A DNA stretch of 63,580 bases, filler included, from a bacterium (GTDB lineage Bacteria > UBA9089 > CG2-30-40-21 > SBAY01): NCBI GenBank assembly GCA_040757115.1. It is 15 parts of 15 records of this genome, joined end to end, with 100 filler letters (N's around TTAATTAATTAA, not from the genome) between each part and the next. Parts side by side here need not be neighbours in the genome. Positions count along the whole stretch, not along the records: positions 1 to 23,071 come from JBFLYA010000044.1; 14 more parts are not named here. One strand, written 5' to 3'. How positions within the stretch are numbered: position 1 is the stretch's first letter; each line of letters starts with the position of its first letter. Below, in pieces: positions 1 to 10,968 of the stretch. Under the pieces are notes generated by a model. The model had not been told where the DNA came from. It worked only from the letters and a program-made list of their open reading frames with translations, and searched no databases. Made by a program: the position numbers and the translations under genes.

Positions 1-35
1 ATTTTAACCCAAAGGTATGGGTTTATGGGAATTAG
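1..35 (+). CDS. 3' end of a coiled-coil PD-(D/E)XK-like gene (upstream copy, partial)
   Basis: Identical to 11642-11676, the end of the 10969-11676 gene (..FNPKVWVYGN*). Confidence 0.85.
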   Translation, partial: FNPKVWVYGN

Positions 36-316
36 TGAATTAGAGAATATATAATCTGTGTTATCTGTTCATCTGTGTTCCAAAAATTAATAGGACGCAG
101 ATTTTCGCAGATTATCAGGATTAAAATTAAAATAAATATAATTTTTTCACTAAAAGTTATTCGTGTCTTTCGTTTATTCGTGCCCTTTGTATGCAAATAT
201 TTTGGAACACGAAGAACACAAATGGACAAATACCACGAATGAAGGAAAGGAAAACTATCAAAAATTCTGTAAATCTGCCTTCATCTGCGTCCCAAAAATT
301 CCTCTGCGTCCCCAAA

Positions 317-3300
317 TTACCTGATGATGGCGAGCTTGCCTATCTTCTTTTTCCCATCGTCAGTAGTCAACACATAAATATACACACCACTATCTACCTT
401 CTTCCCATAATTATCCCGAACATCCCAAATCCAGGTGGCGCGTTTGCCTTCTTCGTCTCTGAGTAAACTACCTGAGATGTCGTAGATACGAATCTGGGTA
501 TTCTCTGGTAATCCCTCAAAAACGATATTTTCATCCCCGCGGCTTGGCTTGAACGGATTCGGATAGACCACCACCGCATCAAAACCCGCCGGTATCCCTT
601 CCCCAATCAAAATAAATGTCCCAAAATGCGGTATATTGCCATAGATAAAATTACTTCCGACTAAAACCTGTGCATTGGCTACCTCCACCCACTTCGATTC
701 AATTGATTCCTCATCCAGGATGTATAATTTCAATGTCTCCTCGGCTATATTCTTTGGTGGCTCAGGGTAATAAATCGTCACTCTGGTCGTTCGTGTCCCA
801 AAATCACCCTCTATCGGTTTTTTATCTCCATCTTTAGCTACTATGCGGATAATGGTGTCAGTTAGCAGACAAAATCCCGGGTTATAATGATTCATCCGCA
901 AATTCGCTATCTTAATCTCATCCTCATCCAGACCTGGTTTATCTATCTTTAGGTAATAATCTTTACTTACACTATGAGGCTTAATGTCTATCTTCAAGTC
1001 TCCCTCTTCAACCTTTACATTACTTGCGTCATCGTATAACACCGCAAAATTATTACTCTGAGACTCTATTACCTCGTCTCTAAGACTGATACGGACATCA
1101 GGTCCTGCCTTGTTAGTCTCAATCATTACTGTGCCGGTAGATATACCGTTTTTGAAGGTAATAAAGGCAGGTTTTATTTGACCAAAGTTAGTTGTAAGAG
1201 AACCTGTCTGGTTGTAATCACTTGCCAGATTGCCATACCTATCCCGGGCAGTTACTTTAATCCCAAACTTCGTGTTGATAATCTGATGGTTAATCGGGTC
1301 AAACTCAAATCGACTCACTCTACCAGACCTGACAGTTATGCTGGCTGTTCCAATTATCTCCTCTGAAAATCGGGACTCGGGGCTCGGGGCTCGGGACTCG
1401 GGACTCGGGACTCGGGGCTCGGGGAGATTATTTCTTTCCTCCCCCTTAATCCACATCCCGAGGGGGACAGATTCATTTGTGAGATGAAGGTTCATAACCG
1501 CTTCTCTTACTGTGTAGGTAAGTGTTCCTTTGCCTGGTTTTGTCCCGGCGACAAAAGTCGTGTTTGTGCCAATAACATTGGTCAACTCGCCCAGTTCACT
1601 TCCTACTTCCCATTTCCCATTTCCTACCTCTTTCTCATTCCCATATTTGTCATATCCATAAGCGGTAAATGTGGAAGTCCCGGCTACCTCTACCACCACC
1701 TCTTTGGGCAGAATGGTTATCTTTGCCAGTTTTCCTGGCACAATTCGGATATTAGCCGTGCCAATGACCCCTTCTGCACTTACCTTGATGATGCCTGATG
1801 TTGCCTTTGTGCCAGCAGTAAATGTGGTCATTGTGCCGAAAATATTACTCAAACTCCCTATCTCATTTCCTACTTCCCATTTCCCATTTCCCACTTCTTT
1901 CTCATTCCCATAACCATCATAGCCTCTGGTGGTGAATAATTGTGATTCATCAGGCAGCAAGGTTACACTTCCTGGTATAACCTCAATCAAGGAAAGACTG
2001 CCAGCCTGGACTAAAAATGGATTGCTTGTGCCTGTTTTTCCCTGGTAACCTGCCGTAATCGAGGTTGTACCTACTCTGGTGATAGAACCAATGCCATCCC
2101 AGATACCTGCCATAAAGTTGGTGGTTATCTTCGGATTCAAGGTCAGCGAGGTATCCTCTAACTGGACTTTATCACTAAAGTTAAGCATAGTGTTACCGTA
2201 AGAATCTTGTGCCATAATCTTGATGGGAAAATGGACACCCGCAAGACAATTGCTAATAGTCCCAATCAGGAAATGGTCAAGGCGGTTATGACTAACTAAG
2301 AATGGATTGCTTGTGCCTGTTTTTCCCTGGTAACCTGCAGTAATCGCGGTTGTGCCTGCTCTGGTAATAGAACCAATGCCAGCCCAGATACCTGCCATAA
2401 AGTTGGTGGTTATCTTCGGATTTAAGCTCAGCGAGCTATCCTCTAACTGGACTTTATCACTAAAGTTAAGCACCGTGTTACCATAGGCATCCCGGGCTAT
2501 AATGGTTATGGGAAAAGCAACGCCTGCAACACAATTGCTCATAGTCCCAATCAGGAAATGGGCAAGGGTGTTATGGCTAACTAAGAAGGGATTGCTTGTG
2601 CCTGTCTTTCCCTGGTAACTTGCCGTAATCGCACTCGTGCCTGCTCTGGTAATAGAGCCAATACTATCCCAGATACCTGCCATAAAGTTGGTGGTTATCT
2701 TTGGATTCAATGTCAGGCTGGTATCTTCCAATTGCACCTTATCGGTAAAGCTGGTTACTGTATTGTTGTAGGCATCTTTGGCGGTGATAACAACAAAGAA
2801 GTCTATCCCGGCAGTTTGATTGGTGATAGTGCCGATTAAGAAATGGTTGAGGCTACTGGGGATGATAAAGAAGGGATTGCTTGTGCCTGTTTTCCCCTGG
2901 TAACTTGCCGTAATCGCGGTCGTGCCTGCTCTGGTGATACTAACTGTGCCATCCCAGATGCCCAGGCTAAAGTTTGTGGTTTTAGTCGGGCTAATGGTGC
3001 GGCTGGTATCAGTTAGTGTGGCGGATGAGTTAAACATATCAGCGATATTTCTCCAGCGGTCATAGGCCTTGATGCTGACTGGAAAACTAATACCTGCGGT
3101 TTGAGTAGTTATGCTGCTAATGACAAAATACTCTACCTCGCCGCCACAGACCCAGAAGGGGTTACTTGTGCCTCGAATATCCCCATAAATGGCAGTAATA
3201 CTGGTAGTCCCTCTTACTGTGATAGAGCCAAATCCATCCCACATACCATTTATAAATGAAGTAGTTTGAGTAGGTTTAAGGCTGTTACTTAAGTCAATTA

Positions 3301-6300
3301 GCGTTACTGTCATGGTAAAAGGAATAGGATTTTCGTAGGCATCTTTGGCGGTGATTTTAATCGGGAAATTCATCCCCGCAGTCTGGGTAGCAATAGTATC
3401 GAAGGTGAACATTGCTAATTCGCCAGAAGTGGTAGTAATAGTGCCGGAGGTAGCAGGTGGTAGAGTAGATAGGAGTTTTATCCTGACTTTATCATTGGCA
3501 TTAGGTGAAACCCAGTAGGTAATCGTGCCTATCTGACCTGCAGAATTAGTAGTTACCGTAGTGGTAGATAATATGCCTTCTGTGCCTGTGATAACCTCTA
3601 TCCCTATATTGCAGATTATCCCTGATGAACCCACCGGATTATTGTAGGCATCAGTCAATTGGGCAGTGACGCTTACTGAACCCCCTGCCAGGATGTAGAT
3701 AGGATTTTCAGGATAGACGATGAATTTAAATGGCTCGCCTGCTCGGACATAAAAAGGATTGCTTGTGCCTGTTTTACTCTGGTAGCCTGCCGTAATCGCG
3801 GTTGTGCCTGCTCTGGTGATGCTAACTGTGCCATCCCAGATGCCACCAGTGAAGTTAGAGGTGATAGTAGGTTGGATGGTTTGAGAAAGGTCAGAGAGTC
3901 CGACTTTATCTTTGAAATTTAGCACTACATCACCAAATTCATCATAAGCAGTCATCTTTATTTGAAATCCTGTCCCTGCTATTTGAGGAGAGGAAATTGT
4001 GCCAAACAGAAAATATTCTACGCCAGTGATATAGAAGGACGCCCTTGCCTCATATCCTGAAATAAGTCCATAGGCAGTAATGGTTATCGTGCCAAATCCC
4101 TGGTCATTAACGGTAAAGGTAGTAGTAAAAGAACCACCAACAGAGGTAGATAGAGCAATAGTGGTAGTATTGCCAAATTCTATGCGAATGGTTTCTGTTG
4201 GGTAGAAATTGCACCCGCTAATAGTCACCCGCTTACCTACTACACCTCTTGTAGGTGAAATCCGGGTAATCATTGCTGGAGAGAGTGTTTTCTCAACCGC
4301 GATATTGGAAAGTGGGGAGAGATTGAAGTCATCATCCCTGGCGCGAATACAAAAGTAGTAGGTGGTAGTTGGGCAGAGGTTAGTTACGGTAAAAGATTCA
4401 GGAGAGCCAGCATCTTTGGGAACAATAGTGGATGTAGATTTATTAGTCAGGTGCCAGTTTTGTGGGGTAATGGTAAAGGTAGCGTAGCGGATGTAGTAGC
4501 AGGTAGAAGAGCCTTTATCTTTGTCATCACCAGGTGCAGTCCAGTTCAACTCAATAGAGGTAGGTTTGGGATTAAGAGCCTTAAGGTCAGTTATGCGAGA
4601 AGGGGGGACAATATCTGTATTATAGCAATTAGTCCGGCGCATATCGTGATTTGCCATCGGCCATTCCAGTGCACCTGGCGTACAACTACCCCAGTAGTCC
4701 CAGGCATATACCTTACTTAATGCCCAACTAATCTCTTTGAATTCCTCTCCACCGCAGACTATTTCTATATCGCCATCTAAATCCATATCTCCAACTACAA
4801 AAGGTGATGTCCTTTTATCACCTGGTTTTAAAAACAGGTCTATCTGCTTACTCCCATCACTATTCCAGATAGTAACCGTTCCCTTCATATCATTCCTGCT
4901 TTCTATAATCTCTAAGGATTTATCCTCATCCACATCTGCAATTACTGGATAAGATGGTCCTCTTTGTTGTAGTCCTCCTCCTTTGGGCCAACCAGGTACA
5001 TCACTACCATCAGGATTTAATACATATATAGAATATATACAATCAATAATTATTTCCATTTCTTTATCATTGTCAATATCTCCAGAGGTAACTGAATATG
5101 GATAGTTATAATCCATTCCTCCTACCTGTTTCGGATAGCCGATAATATCTGTTCCATCAGGATTTAAGGCGTGCAAAAATATCTTTGGTGAATCTTTTGT
5201 CACAATGAGAATCTCTAATTCATCATCATTATCAATATTACCTATAGCCAATCCATTAGAAGATATATTCCCTGAGATACTCTTAGGCCATTGTCCAGGG
5301 ATTAAGTTACCTTCGCTATTAAAGACATATATCTTATCAGAAAGGACAATAATTTCAAGATTACCATCTCTATCCAAATCTGCTATCATCGGGTGATACT
5401 CACGACGGGGAAGGGCTATATCCTTAGGCCAGGCCCCTTTTACTATTTCTCCTGTATGATGGAAGGCATAGAATTTATTGTTCATCCCTATAACAATCTC
5501 TAAATCCCCATCTCCATCTATATCCCCAAGTGCAGAGGAAGTTGCATCTGTTCCTGATACTGGAAATCCGGGGAGATTACTACCATCAGACTTGAAGATG
5601 TATGAGCCAGCTATATCAGTTAATATAACCTCTAACCTGCTATCATTATCCACCTCGGCTAAAATAGGAGAACATGCTGGATGACCAGGAATTGTCTTAT
5701 TCCAATTATCCATGAATTTGCCATTATGATGCCAGATATACGCACCTTCTCCTGGAGAAGCGGCTACTTCTAAATCTCCATCCCCATTTATATCCCCTAT
5801 GGCAGGGGATGACTCTATACGCATGTTTAGTGGCTCAGGGATAACAGGATAGCCCTCTTGATAGAAATTTATCTCTATAGATTTACAGGTGGTATTATTG
5901 ATTGTTCCTGCTTCTAAAATGGTATTATAAGGGTTGACTACTACATAGATTGGGTATTCTCCTATGGGTAGGCTTTGTTTCCAATCTATGGCGGTTGTTT
6001 CTTCTTCTTTACCCTTGATAACAGGAATAGTATTAGAGCCTATTTCTATGCCACCCTCACCAGGTTTGCCAAGGAAGAATTTTACTAATACATCTTTTGC
6101 ATCTATATCCCCGAGATTATGGATAATTGTAGAGATATTTGTCTGCTGGCCAGGTTTAGGAGATTGAGGAATAAGCTTGATATCAATTGGCTCAACGCAT
6201 AACTCTGCCTTACCTGGTTCTAATGCCACCCTTGAAATGGTCACTGCAGGGTCACCTAATAAATTGAACTCATTGTACCAGGTTTGAATATATGGATTCA

Positions 6301-8209
6301 TAAGTATAAGTTCTCCTATGGAAAATTCAGAGGATTGAAATTCACCGATAAATTGTAATGCCTTTATTATGTGTGGGTTACCAATGCCTGTCCTAGAAGA
6401 AGCGCCCCAATAGGCGATAGCACCACCTCCCTCTTTCTTCACAAAAGCCTCACCTATACAATTATCAAGTGGCTCTCCATAATCCCATAAGAAATCACCT
6501 GTTTCACAAGTATCAGCAAAGATTACCGGTAATTTATCTCCATTAGAAAGTTCATTGACATGGTAATAACTAAAACCATTCCCCTGAAGTATCCAGAGAG
6601 GCTGACTTCCGTGACCAGAATAGGTAACCAGAAGTTTTCCCGCATTGATAGCGTCAGATACCATATCTGGGCCAACATTCTGATTTCCTCCTAATCTAAT
6701 AGATGTAAATCCTACTGGCAAGAGATAATTATCTATTATGGGAGTAAAATCAACGCCATTTGAACCTTCTACAAACAAGAGGGTATTGTGCCATTCGCCT
6801 AAAACAGAGGTGCTTTCATAGCGGATTATCTTATCCACCATTGTTTTGGCATCGGTACCGGTTTCTACCGGTAACCGACCAATCATTAGATCTACGGTCC
6901 AATACACATACTCAGGGGCAGGAAGCCCTTCGTCATTAATACAGACATACCAGGAATCAGCTACTGGATTTTCGCCAGTAAAGACTTGATGAATTTCGCT
7001 AACGGGTTTACAAGGGATATAAGCGTCATATTTCTCTTCTCCATCGCCAAAGAGTAACACAAACCCAGGATGGTCATCCGCCATAGATGGGGCAGACCAA
7101 TTATTATAGACATATCGGATGAACTCCTTAATAGACGATGTAGGTGTGGCCATTGGGAATTCGTTATATATATCAGCAGTATTAACCACGGCTACATCAA
7201 AACCATTATATTGAGCGCGATGAGTAGTCAGGCTTCCTACATCCAAATTATGATAATAAGCAGAAGCGGTAATAATCAAGTAATCGGCAGAATTATTGGG
7301 AGATTTAAGGATGCTGGGGTAGGTCACTGTGCCTATCCTTTTAGGTGCTGGCTCACGGGATAAAACAGGAGGTTTGTAATTCAAGACAGATTTGCTCAAT
7401 GCATTAGCAAAAGGGGCTGCCATCGGTGGTGATTTCAGTGAAATACCTCTCCCTTTCGTAGGGATGTATTTCACCTCTATCCTCAGGTTAGAATAAATCT
7501 GAAGCTGGTTCTTAGCAGGGTTAAACTGGATAGGATAAATCCTGAGATAAAGTATCCTCTGGTCGCGCAGATAACTGGTATGATAAGTGATAATCTTATC
7601 CTCTGCAGGATACCAGATGTCTTGCGTGTAGAATTCTTTATCAATACAAAACTCCTCGCCAATATATTCATAGCCGTCCGGGGTTTTCTTTATTACTTGC
7701 TTTGGTACAGGGGAGATTAAGTAATTTTGGATTGCGGATTGCGGATTGCGGATTGCGGATTGCGGAACTAAAAACAGATTAATCTCTACACCATCGGGGA
7801 TAGCGAGTTGAACTGAGATAACGGGTAGTTTGGGTTTTCCAACCTCCTGAGTAAAGCTATATTCGTAGCCGGGAATGGTTAGCAGCGAAAATCGGGACTC
7901 GGGACTCGGGACTCGGGACTCGGGGCTCGAGAGTTGGGATTCGGGACCTGGGGTTTGGGATTCGGGAGTTGTCCCCCGCTGGAGGGGGGTAGGGGGAGGA
8001 ATCTGTCCTCTGCCTTCTGTCTTCTCTTCCACATTCATGCCAAAGATAGTTGCTTCTAATACAATCCCAGCGCTATCTTCTTTTAGTATTTTAAACTCTG
8101 GTTTGGTAGGGACCTGGACACCGTTAAATGGCACCCAGGTGTTTGCGGCGTAAGTCAGAGAATGAATAGAAAGTAGAATGATGACGAAACTAATTATCTT
8201 TTCTTTCAT
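317..8209 (-). CDS. Giant secreted C25 (gingipain-family) cysteine peptidase with CARDB, FG-GAP/VCBS, FN3, Ig-like repeats and a T9SS-like/FlgD-Ig CTD
   Basis: Start placed at MKEKII (ATG 8209, signal peptide). Motifs: propeptide EVGKPKLP, ADYLII, IGRLPV, catalytic YSGHG and ADTCETG, GDIxGDGDLE repeats, LNWTAPGDD, ~95-aa GKTGTSNPF repeats, YPNPFKP..SGVYIY. Confidence 0.88.
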   Translation of the reverse strand: MKEKIISFVIILLSIHSLTYAANTWVPFNGVQVPTKPEFKILKEDSAGIVLEATIFGMNVEEKTEGRGQIPPPTPLQRGTTPESQTPGPESQLSSPESRVPSPESRFSLLTIPGYEYSFTQEVGKPKLPVISVQLAIPDGVEINLFLVPQSAIRNPQSAIQNYLISPVPKQVIKKTPDGYEYIGEEFCIDKEFYTQDIWYPAEDKIITYHTSYLRDQRILYLRIYPIQFNPAKNQLQIYSNLRIEVKYIPTKGRGISLKSPPMAAPFANALSKSVLNYKPPVLSREPAPKRIGTVTYPSILKSPNNSADYLIITASAYYHNLDVGSLTTHRAQYNGFDVAVVNTADIYNEFPMATPTSSIKEFIRYVYNNWSAPSMADDHPGFVLLFGDGEEKYDAYIPCKPVSEIHQVFTGENPVADSWYVCINDEGLPAPEYVYWTVDLMIGRLPVETGTDAKTMVDKIIRYESTSVLGEWHNTLLFVEGSNGVDFTPIIDNYLLPVGFTSIRLGGNQNVGPDMVSDAINAGKLLVTYSGHGSQPLWILQGNGFSYYHVNELSNGDKLPVIFADTCETGDFLWDYGEPLDNCIGEAFVKKEGGGAIAYWGASSRTGIGNPHIIKALQFIGEFQSSEFSIGELILMNPYIQTWYNEFNLLGDPAVTISRVALEPGKAELCVEPIDIKLIPQSPKPGQQTNISTIIHNLGDIDAKDVLVKFFLGKPGEGGIEIGSNTIPVIKGKEEETTAIDWKQSLPIGEYPIYVVVNPYNTILEAGTINNTTCKSIEINFYQEGYPVIPEPLNMRIESSPAIGDINGDGDLEVAASPGEGAYIWHHNGKFMDNWNKTIPGHPACSPILAEVDNDSRLEVILTDIAGSYIFKSDGSNLPGFPVSGTDATSSALGDIDGDGDLEIVIGMNNKFYAFHHTGEIVKGAWPKDIALPRREYHPMIADLDRDGNLEIIVLSDKIYVFNSEGNLIPGQWPKSISGNISSNGLAIGNIDNDDELEILIVTKDSPKIFLHALNPDGTDIIGYPKQVGGMDYNYPYSVTSGDIDNDKEMEIIIDCIYSIYVLNPDGSDVPGWPKGGGLQQRGPSYPVIADVDEDKSLEIIESRNDMKGTVTIWNSDGSKQIDLFLKPGDKRTSPFVVGDMDLDGDIEIVCGGEEFKEISWALSKVYAWDYWGSCTPGALEWPMANHDMRRTNCYNTDIVPPSRITDLKALNPKPTSIELNWTAPGDDKDKGSSTCYYIRYATFTITPQNWHLTNKSTSTIVPKDAGSPESFTVTNLCPTTTYYFCIRARDDDFNLSPLSNIAVEKTLSPAMITRISPTRGVVGKRVTISGCNFYPTETIRIEFGNTTTIALSTSVGGSFTTTFTVNDQGFGTITITAYGLISGYEARASFYITGVEYFLFGTISSPQIAGTGFQIKMTAYDEFGDVVLNFKDKVGLSDLSQTIQPTITSNFTGGIWDGTVSITRAGTTAITAGYQSKTGTSNPFYVRAGEPFKFIVYPENPIYILAGGSVSVTAQLTDAYNNPVGSSGIICNIGIEVITGTEGILSTTTVTTNSAGQIGTITYWVSPNANDKVRIKLLSTLPPATSGTITTTSGELAMFTFDTIATQTAGMNFPIKITAKDAYENPIPFTMTVTLIDLSNSLKPTQTTSFINGMWDGFGSITVRGTTSITAIYGDIRGTSNPFWVCGGEVEYFVISSITTQTAGISFPVSIKAYDRWRNIADMFNSSATLTDTSRTISPTKTTNFSLGIWDGTVSITRAGTTAITASYQGKTGTSNPFFIIPSSLNHFLIGTITNQTAGIDFFVVITAKDAYNNTVTSFTDKVQLEDTSLTLNPKITTNFMAGIWDSIGSITRAGTSAITASYQGKTGTSNPFLVSHNTLAHFLIGTMSNCVAGVAFPITIIARDAYGNTVLNFSDKVQLEDSSLSLNPKITTNFMAGIWAGIGSITRAGTTAITAGYQGKTGTSNPFLVSHNRLDHFLIGTISNCLAGVHFPIKIMAQDSYGNTMLNFSDKVQLEDTSLTLNPKITTNFMAGIWDGIGSITRVGTTSITAGYQGKTGTSNPFLVQAGSLSLIEVIPGSVTLLPDESQLFTTRGYDGYGNEKEVGNGKWEVGNEIGSLSNIFGTMTTFTAGTKATSGIIKVSAEGVIGTANIRIVPGKLAKITILPKEVVVEVAGTSTFTAYGYDKYGNEKEVGNGKWEVGSELGELTNVIGTNTTFVAGTKPGKGTLTYTVREAVMNLHLTNESVPLGMWIKGEERNNLPEPRVPSPESRAPSPESRFSEEIIGTASITVRSGRVSRFEFDPINHQIINTKFGIKVTARDRYGNLASDYNQTGSLTTNFGQIKPAFITFKNGISTGTVMIETNKAGPDVRISLRDEVIESQSNNFAVLYDDASNVKVEEGDLKIDIKPHSVSKDYYLKIDKPGLDEDEIKIANLRMNHYNPGFCLLTDTIIRIVAKDGDKKPIEGDFGTRTTRVTIYYPEPPKNIAEETLKLYILDEESIESKWVEVANAQVLVGSNFIYGNIPHFGTFILIGEGIPAGFDAVVVYPNPFKPSRGDENIVFEGLPENTQIRIYDISGSLLRDEEGKRATWIWDVRDNYGKKVDSGVYIYVLTTDDGKKKIGKLAIIR

Positions 8210-8254
8210 ATCATAAATTATAACACAAAATTCATTATAATACAAGTAATTATT

Positions 8255-8611
8255 GTAACTATTCACCACGAAGGACACGAAGAAAATTATAAGACATATC
8301 TTTTCGACCTGTGAAATAGGTTTAAATAAAATGCAAGAAACAGCGAAATACTACAAACAGATTGCTCCTACGGAGCTTTATTCATATTAGCTCCAGAGGA
8401 GCGATATGTTTGTAGAAAAATTATTTCCCTCATAACAAATTAGCTCCATCGGAGCGAGCTGTTTATTCTTTTTCTCACCCTAATTGGGGGATATTTGTAG
8501 CCCTATTTCACAGGTTGAAAAAAATTTGTAGTTATTGTCAGACACTACCGAAAATTACAAGACATTAAATTCCATTTCGTGTCCTTCGTGTTCTTCGTGG
8601 TGAATAGTTAC
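8255..8611. mobile_element. Composite miniature element (GTAACTATTCAC ends) with a nested CGACCTGTGAAATAGG element and GCTCC..GGAGC palindromes
   Basis: 19-bp perfect terminal inverted repeat (TIR) GTAACTATTCACCACGAAG; inner inverted pair at 8305-8320 and 8502-8517. Confidence 0.75.
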
Positions 8612-8651
8612 GAAAAAGGAAAATAGAATAGCAGAACGATTATCAAAAAGG

Positions 8652-8690
8652 AAAGAGAGACCCATCCCTTTCCGAACAGGTCTCTCTTCA
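8652..8690 (-). terminator. Probable intrinsic terminator
   Basis: GAGAGACC..GGTCTCTC stem just downstream of the 8728-9369 gene; a related stem lies at 20088-20135. Confidence 0.5.
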
Positions 8691-8727
8691 TTCATTCTAC
8701 ATCGCTACTCCTATAACTTTGATACAC

Positions 8728-9369
8728 CTATGGTGTCCTTACACGGAAATCGAGGTAGAATTCATCCTTGTATTCGGGGCCTGCTGGAGTATCCTGTTTT
8801 GGTGTAACCCTTGCCCATAGATCCTGATTATAGTTTACAGGGGAACCATTGACGATTGAAATTGGAGTGTTTGGGAAATTGCCATTGAAGGCAGGTGCAA
8901 GTGTAAACGAACCTGGCTTTGGGTGTCCAGCACCTGGTGTTACCAACGCATAGTATGTTGTGATAGTCGCTCCATCAGATCTCGCTATATGGTCACAACC
9001 TGACGCTGCTATTTCCAGCTGATATGTCGACCCGGGAGCTATTGCCCAGGCCCAGATATTCGTCCACATAATCATATAATCATTTTCACCTGGGATAGAT
9101 TCCCATACCAGGTGGTCATCGTCAATATCTACAATTATGTATGGTTCCTTACCGTAGTAAAAAGCATGGGTCATAGTAGCTGTTACGCGTGTTGATGTGC
9201 CTGCATAAGTAAATTTTGTGTTCACTCCTGTCCCCCAGGCGTAGTCAGTAGCAGGTTTATCAGTCTGCGTAAAATGAGCTGTAGTATCTTCTGCGTTTGC
9301 AGTAGTTGTATATCCGCCGACGATGAGTAACGCGAGTGTAATTAGACTGAGTGTAATTATCTTCTTCAT
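8728..9369 (-). CDS. Secreted hypothetical protein (beta-rich)
   Basis: Signal peptide MKKIITLSLITLALL..ANA; GGAGG RBS; paralog at 20175-20831. Confidence 0.85.
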   Translation of the reverse strand: MKKIITLSLITLALLIVGGYTTTANAEDTTAHFTQTDKPATDYAWGTGVNTKFTYAGTSTRVTATMTHAFYYGKEPYIIVDIDDDHLVWESIPGENDYMIMWTNIWAWAIAPGSTYQLEIAASGCDHIARSDGATITTYYALVTPGAGHPKPGSFTLAPAFNGNFPNTPISIVNGSPVNYNQDLWARVTPKQDTPAGPEYKDEFYLDFRVRTP

Positions 9370-9557
9370 CTTTATTCACCTCCTTTCGTTTTTAGATTTT
9401 TATATGTAAACTCTTCCAAAGCATTGTAGGGACTCACCACCTCCTTTTTTGCTTTTGAAGAAGGAATGGGACACAGATTTACACAGATGCACACAGATAA
9501 ATTATTTCCTAAAATTTGTGTTATCCGTGTTTATCCGTGTCCTAATATTATTTTCTT

Positions 9558-10463
9558 CTAAAACTTTATCCCCATCGACACGCGATTCATCTTTGTTGCT
9601 CCATCCATTTTGCCACTGGCGACATTGGCGAAGTCAGTTCGCAGGCTAAAGCCTGCGGCTATCACCTTAAAGCCAAAGCCATAGGTTAGACCACTTACTT
9701 CCCTCCCTTTATTGAGATAGCCTATTCGGACAGCAAGGATGTTATAGGTGTATTCCAAACCTACATTTGTCCCCAGTTTAGAGTTGTAAAGAGGCTGGTT
9801 CAGGTCTATTGTTCCGGTAAGATTTTCTATGGGACAATATGCTAGCCCTACGCGTAAATTTAGTGGTAGTTCATCACCTTCTATCTTCGTCCCAAGATTC
9901 TCTAAGCAAGCACCTAAGGTTAAATCAGGTAGTTGGGGATAGTAAAGCACGCCTAAATCCAGAGCAAATCCTTTGGCTTTGACCTTCTTTAAATCTCGCT
10001 GAATATACTTTAGATTACCACCGATAGATAGATTATCGGTGTAGGGTCTGGCATAAGCGAAGAGTAAAGCAAATTCATTCGGATTCAGGTTACCGGTAAA
10101 TTGATTTTGGTTATTGCGCGTCTCTATTTCACCCAGGTCTTGATAGATAATCCCACAAGCAAATACGCCTGCTTCATCTTCATCTTCCAATGGCTGGCAA
10201 TAGGTAAGTAATGTGCGGGCAGTATCCTCTCGTTTATCGCCATACATTGCAGAGACCTCTTTTTGTTTCAGGCGTGCTAATCCTGCCGGATTGTAATAAA
10301 TAGAGTCAACACTATCTGCCACAGCACAAAATGCCTCTCCCATTGCAGATGCCCTTGCTCCTACGCCCAGCTTTAAGAAATCAGCGCCGGTATCAGAAGC
10401 CGCCTGACAAATTATGGGAAAAGTTAGTATTGTTAGAATTAACGAAATAGTTTTGTTTAACAT
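9558..10463 (-). CDS. PorV/PorQ-family (UPF0164) outer-membrane beta-barrel
   Basis: FLKLGVGARASAMGEAF and YYNPAGLA motifs; C-terminal aromatic residue (F). Confidence 0.85.
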   Translation of the reverse strand: MLNKTISLILTILTFPIICQAASDTGADFLKLGVGARASAMGEAFCAVADSVDSIYYNPAGLARLKQKEVSAMYGDKREDTARTLLTYCQPLEDEDEAGVFACGIIYQDLGEIETRNNQNQFTGNLNPNEFALLFAYARPYTDNLSIGGNLKYIQRDLKKVKAKGFALDLGVLYYPQLPDLTLGACLENLGTKIEGDELPLNLRVGLAYCPIENLTGTIDLNQPLYNSKLGTNVGLEYTYNILAVRIGYLNKGREVSGLTYGFGFKVIAAGFSLRTDFANVASGKMDGATKMNRVSMGIKF

Positions 10464-10554
10464 TTTATTTTACCTCCTTTTTTGGGACGCAGATTTTCGC
10501 AGATTATTAGGATAATATTTTTTAAAAATCCTGTAAATCCTGTACATCTGCGTC

Positions 10555-10888
10555 CTATTTTATTACTAATATCTTCTTAGTCCCAACTACACTTCCACCA
10601 ATATGTAATTGATAGAAATAGACGCCTGATGAGACTATATCACCATCATCGTTTCTACCATTCCATAGGGTAGTAATATTTGACCCGGCAAGTTTATCTT
10701 CCTCTAATGTCTTGACTAATTCTCCAGCAATGTTGTAAATCTTAATGACTATATGAGCATTCACGGTTAAATCATACGGAATCTTTGTTTCTTCCTGATT
10801 GGGATTGAATGGATTTGGGTAATTCTGGTAAAGTTTATTGGTAGTTGGTAGTGGAATAAGTGACTGTGCTAAAGTTTTAATGAACCAA
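10555..10888 (-). pseudogene. Headless T9SS-like/FlgD-Ig C-terminal domain
   Basis: Open frame ..LYQNYPNPFNP..KIYNIAGELVK..WNGRND..SGVYFY; in-frame TAA upstream with no start ahead of the domain. Confidence 0.7.
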
Positions 10889-10899
10889 AAAAAAATTTA

Positions 10900-10928
10900 T
10901 TGACAGAAGGGGTAAAATAATGTAAAAT
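10900..10928 (+). promoter_or_regulatory. Sigma70-type promoter
   Basis: TTGACA-17 bp-TAAAAT; repeated at about 22552-22580. Confidence 0.6.
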
Positions 10929-10968
10929 AATAAATGTTAAAAAATAGAATGTGAAGAGGTGATTAAAA

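Noticed and set aside
2000-3000. ~290-bp internal repeats as DGR template/variable repeats
   Set aside because: They are in-frame Ig-like domain repeats; differences are not adenine-specific and no reverse transcriptase is present.
1178-8153. Many short plus-strand ORFs opposite the giant gene
   Set aside because: Antisense shadows of a long repetitive CDS.
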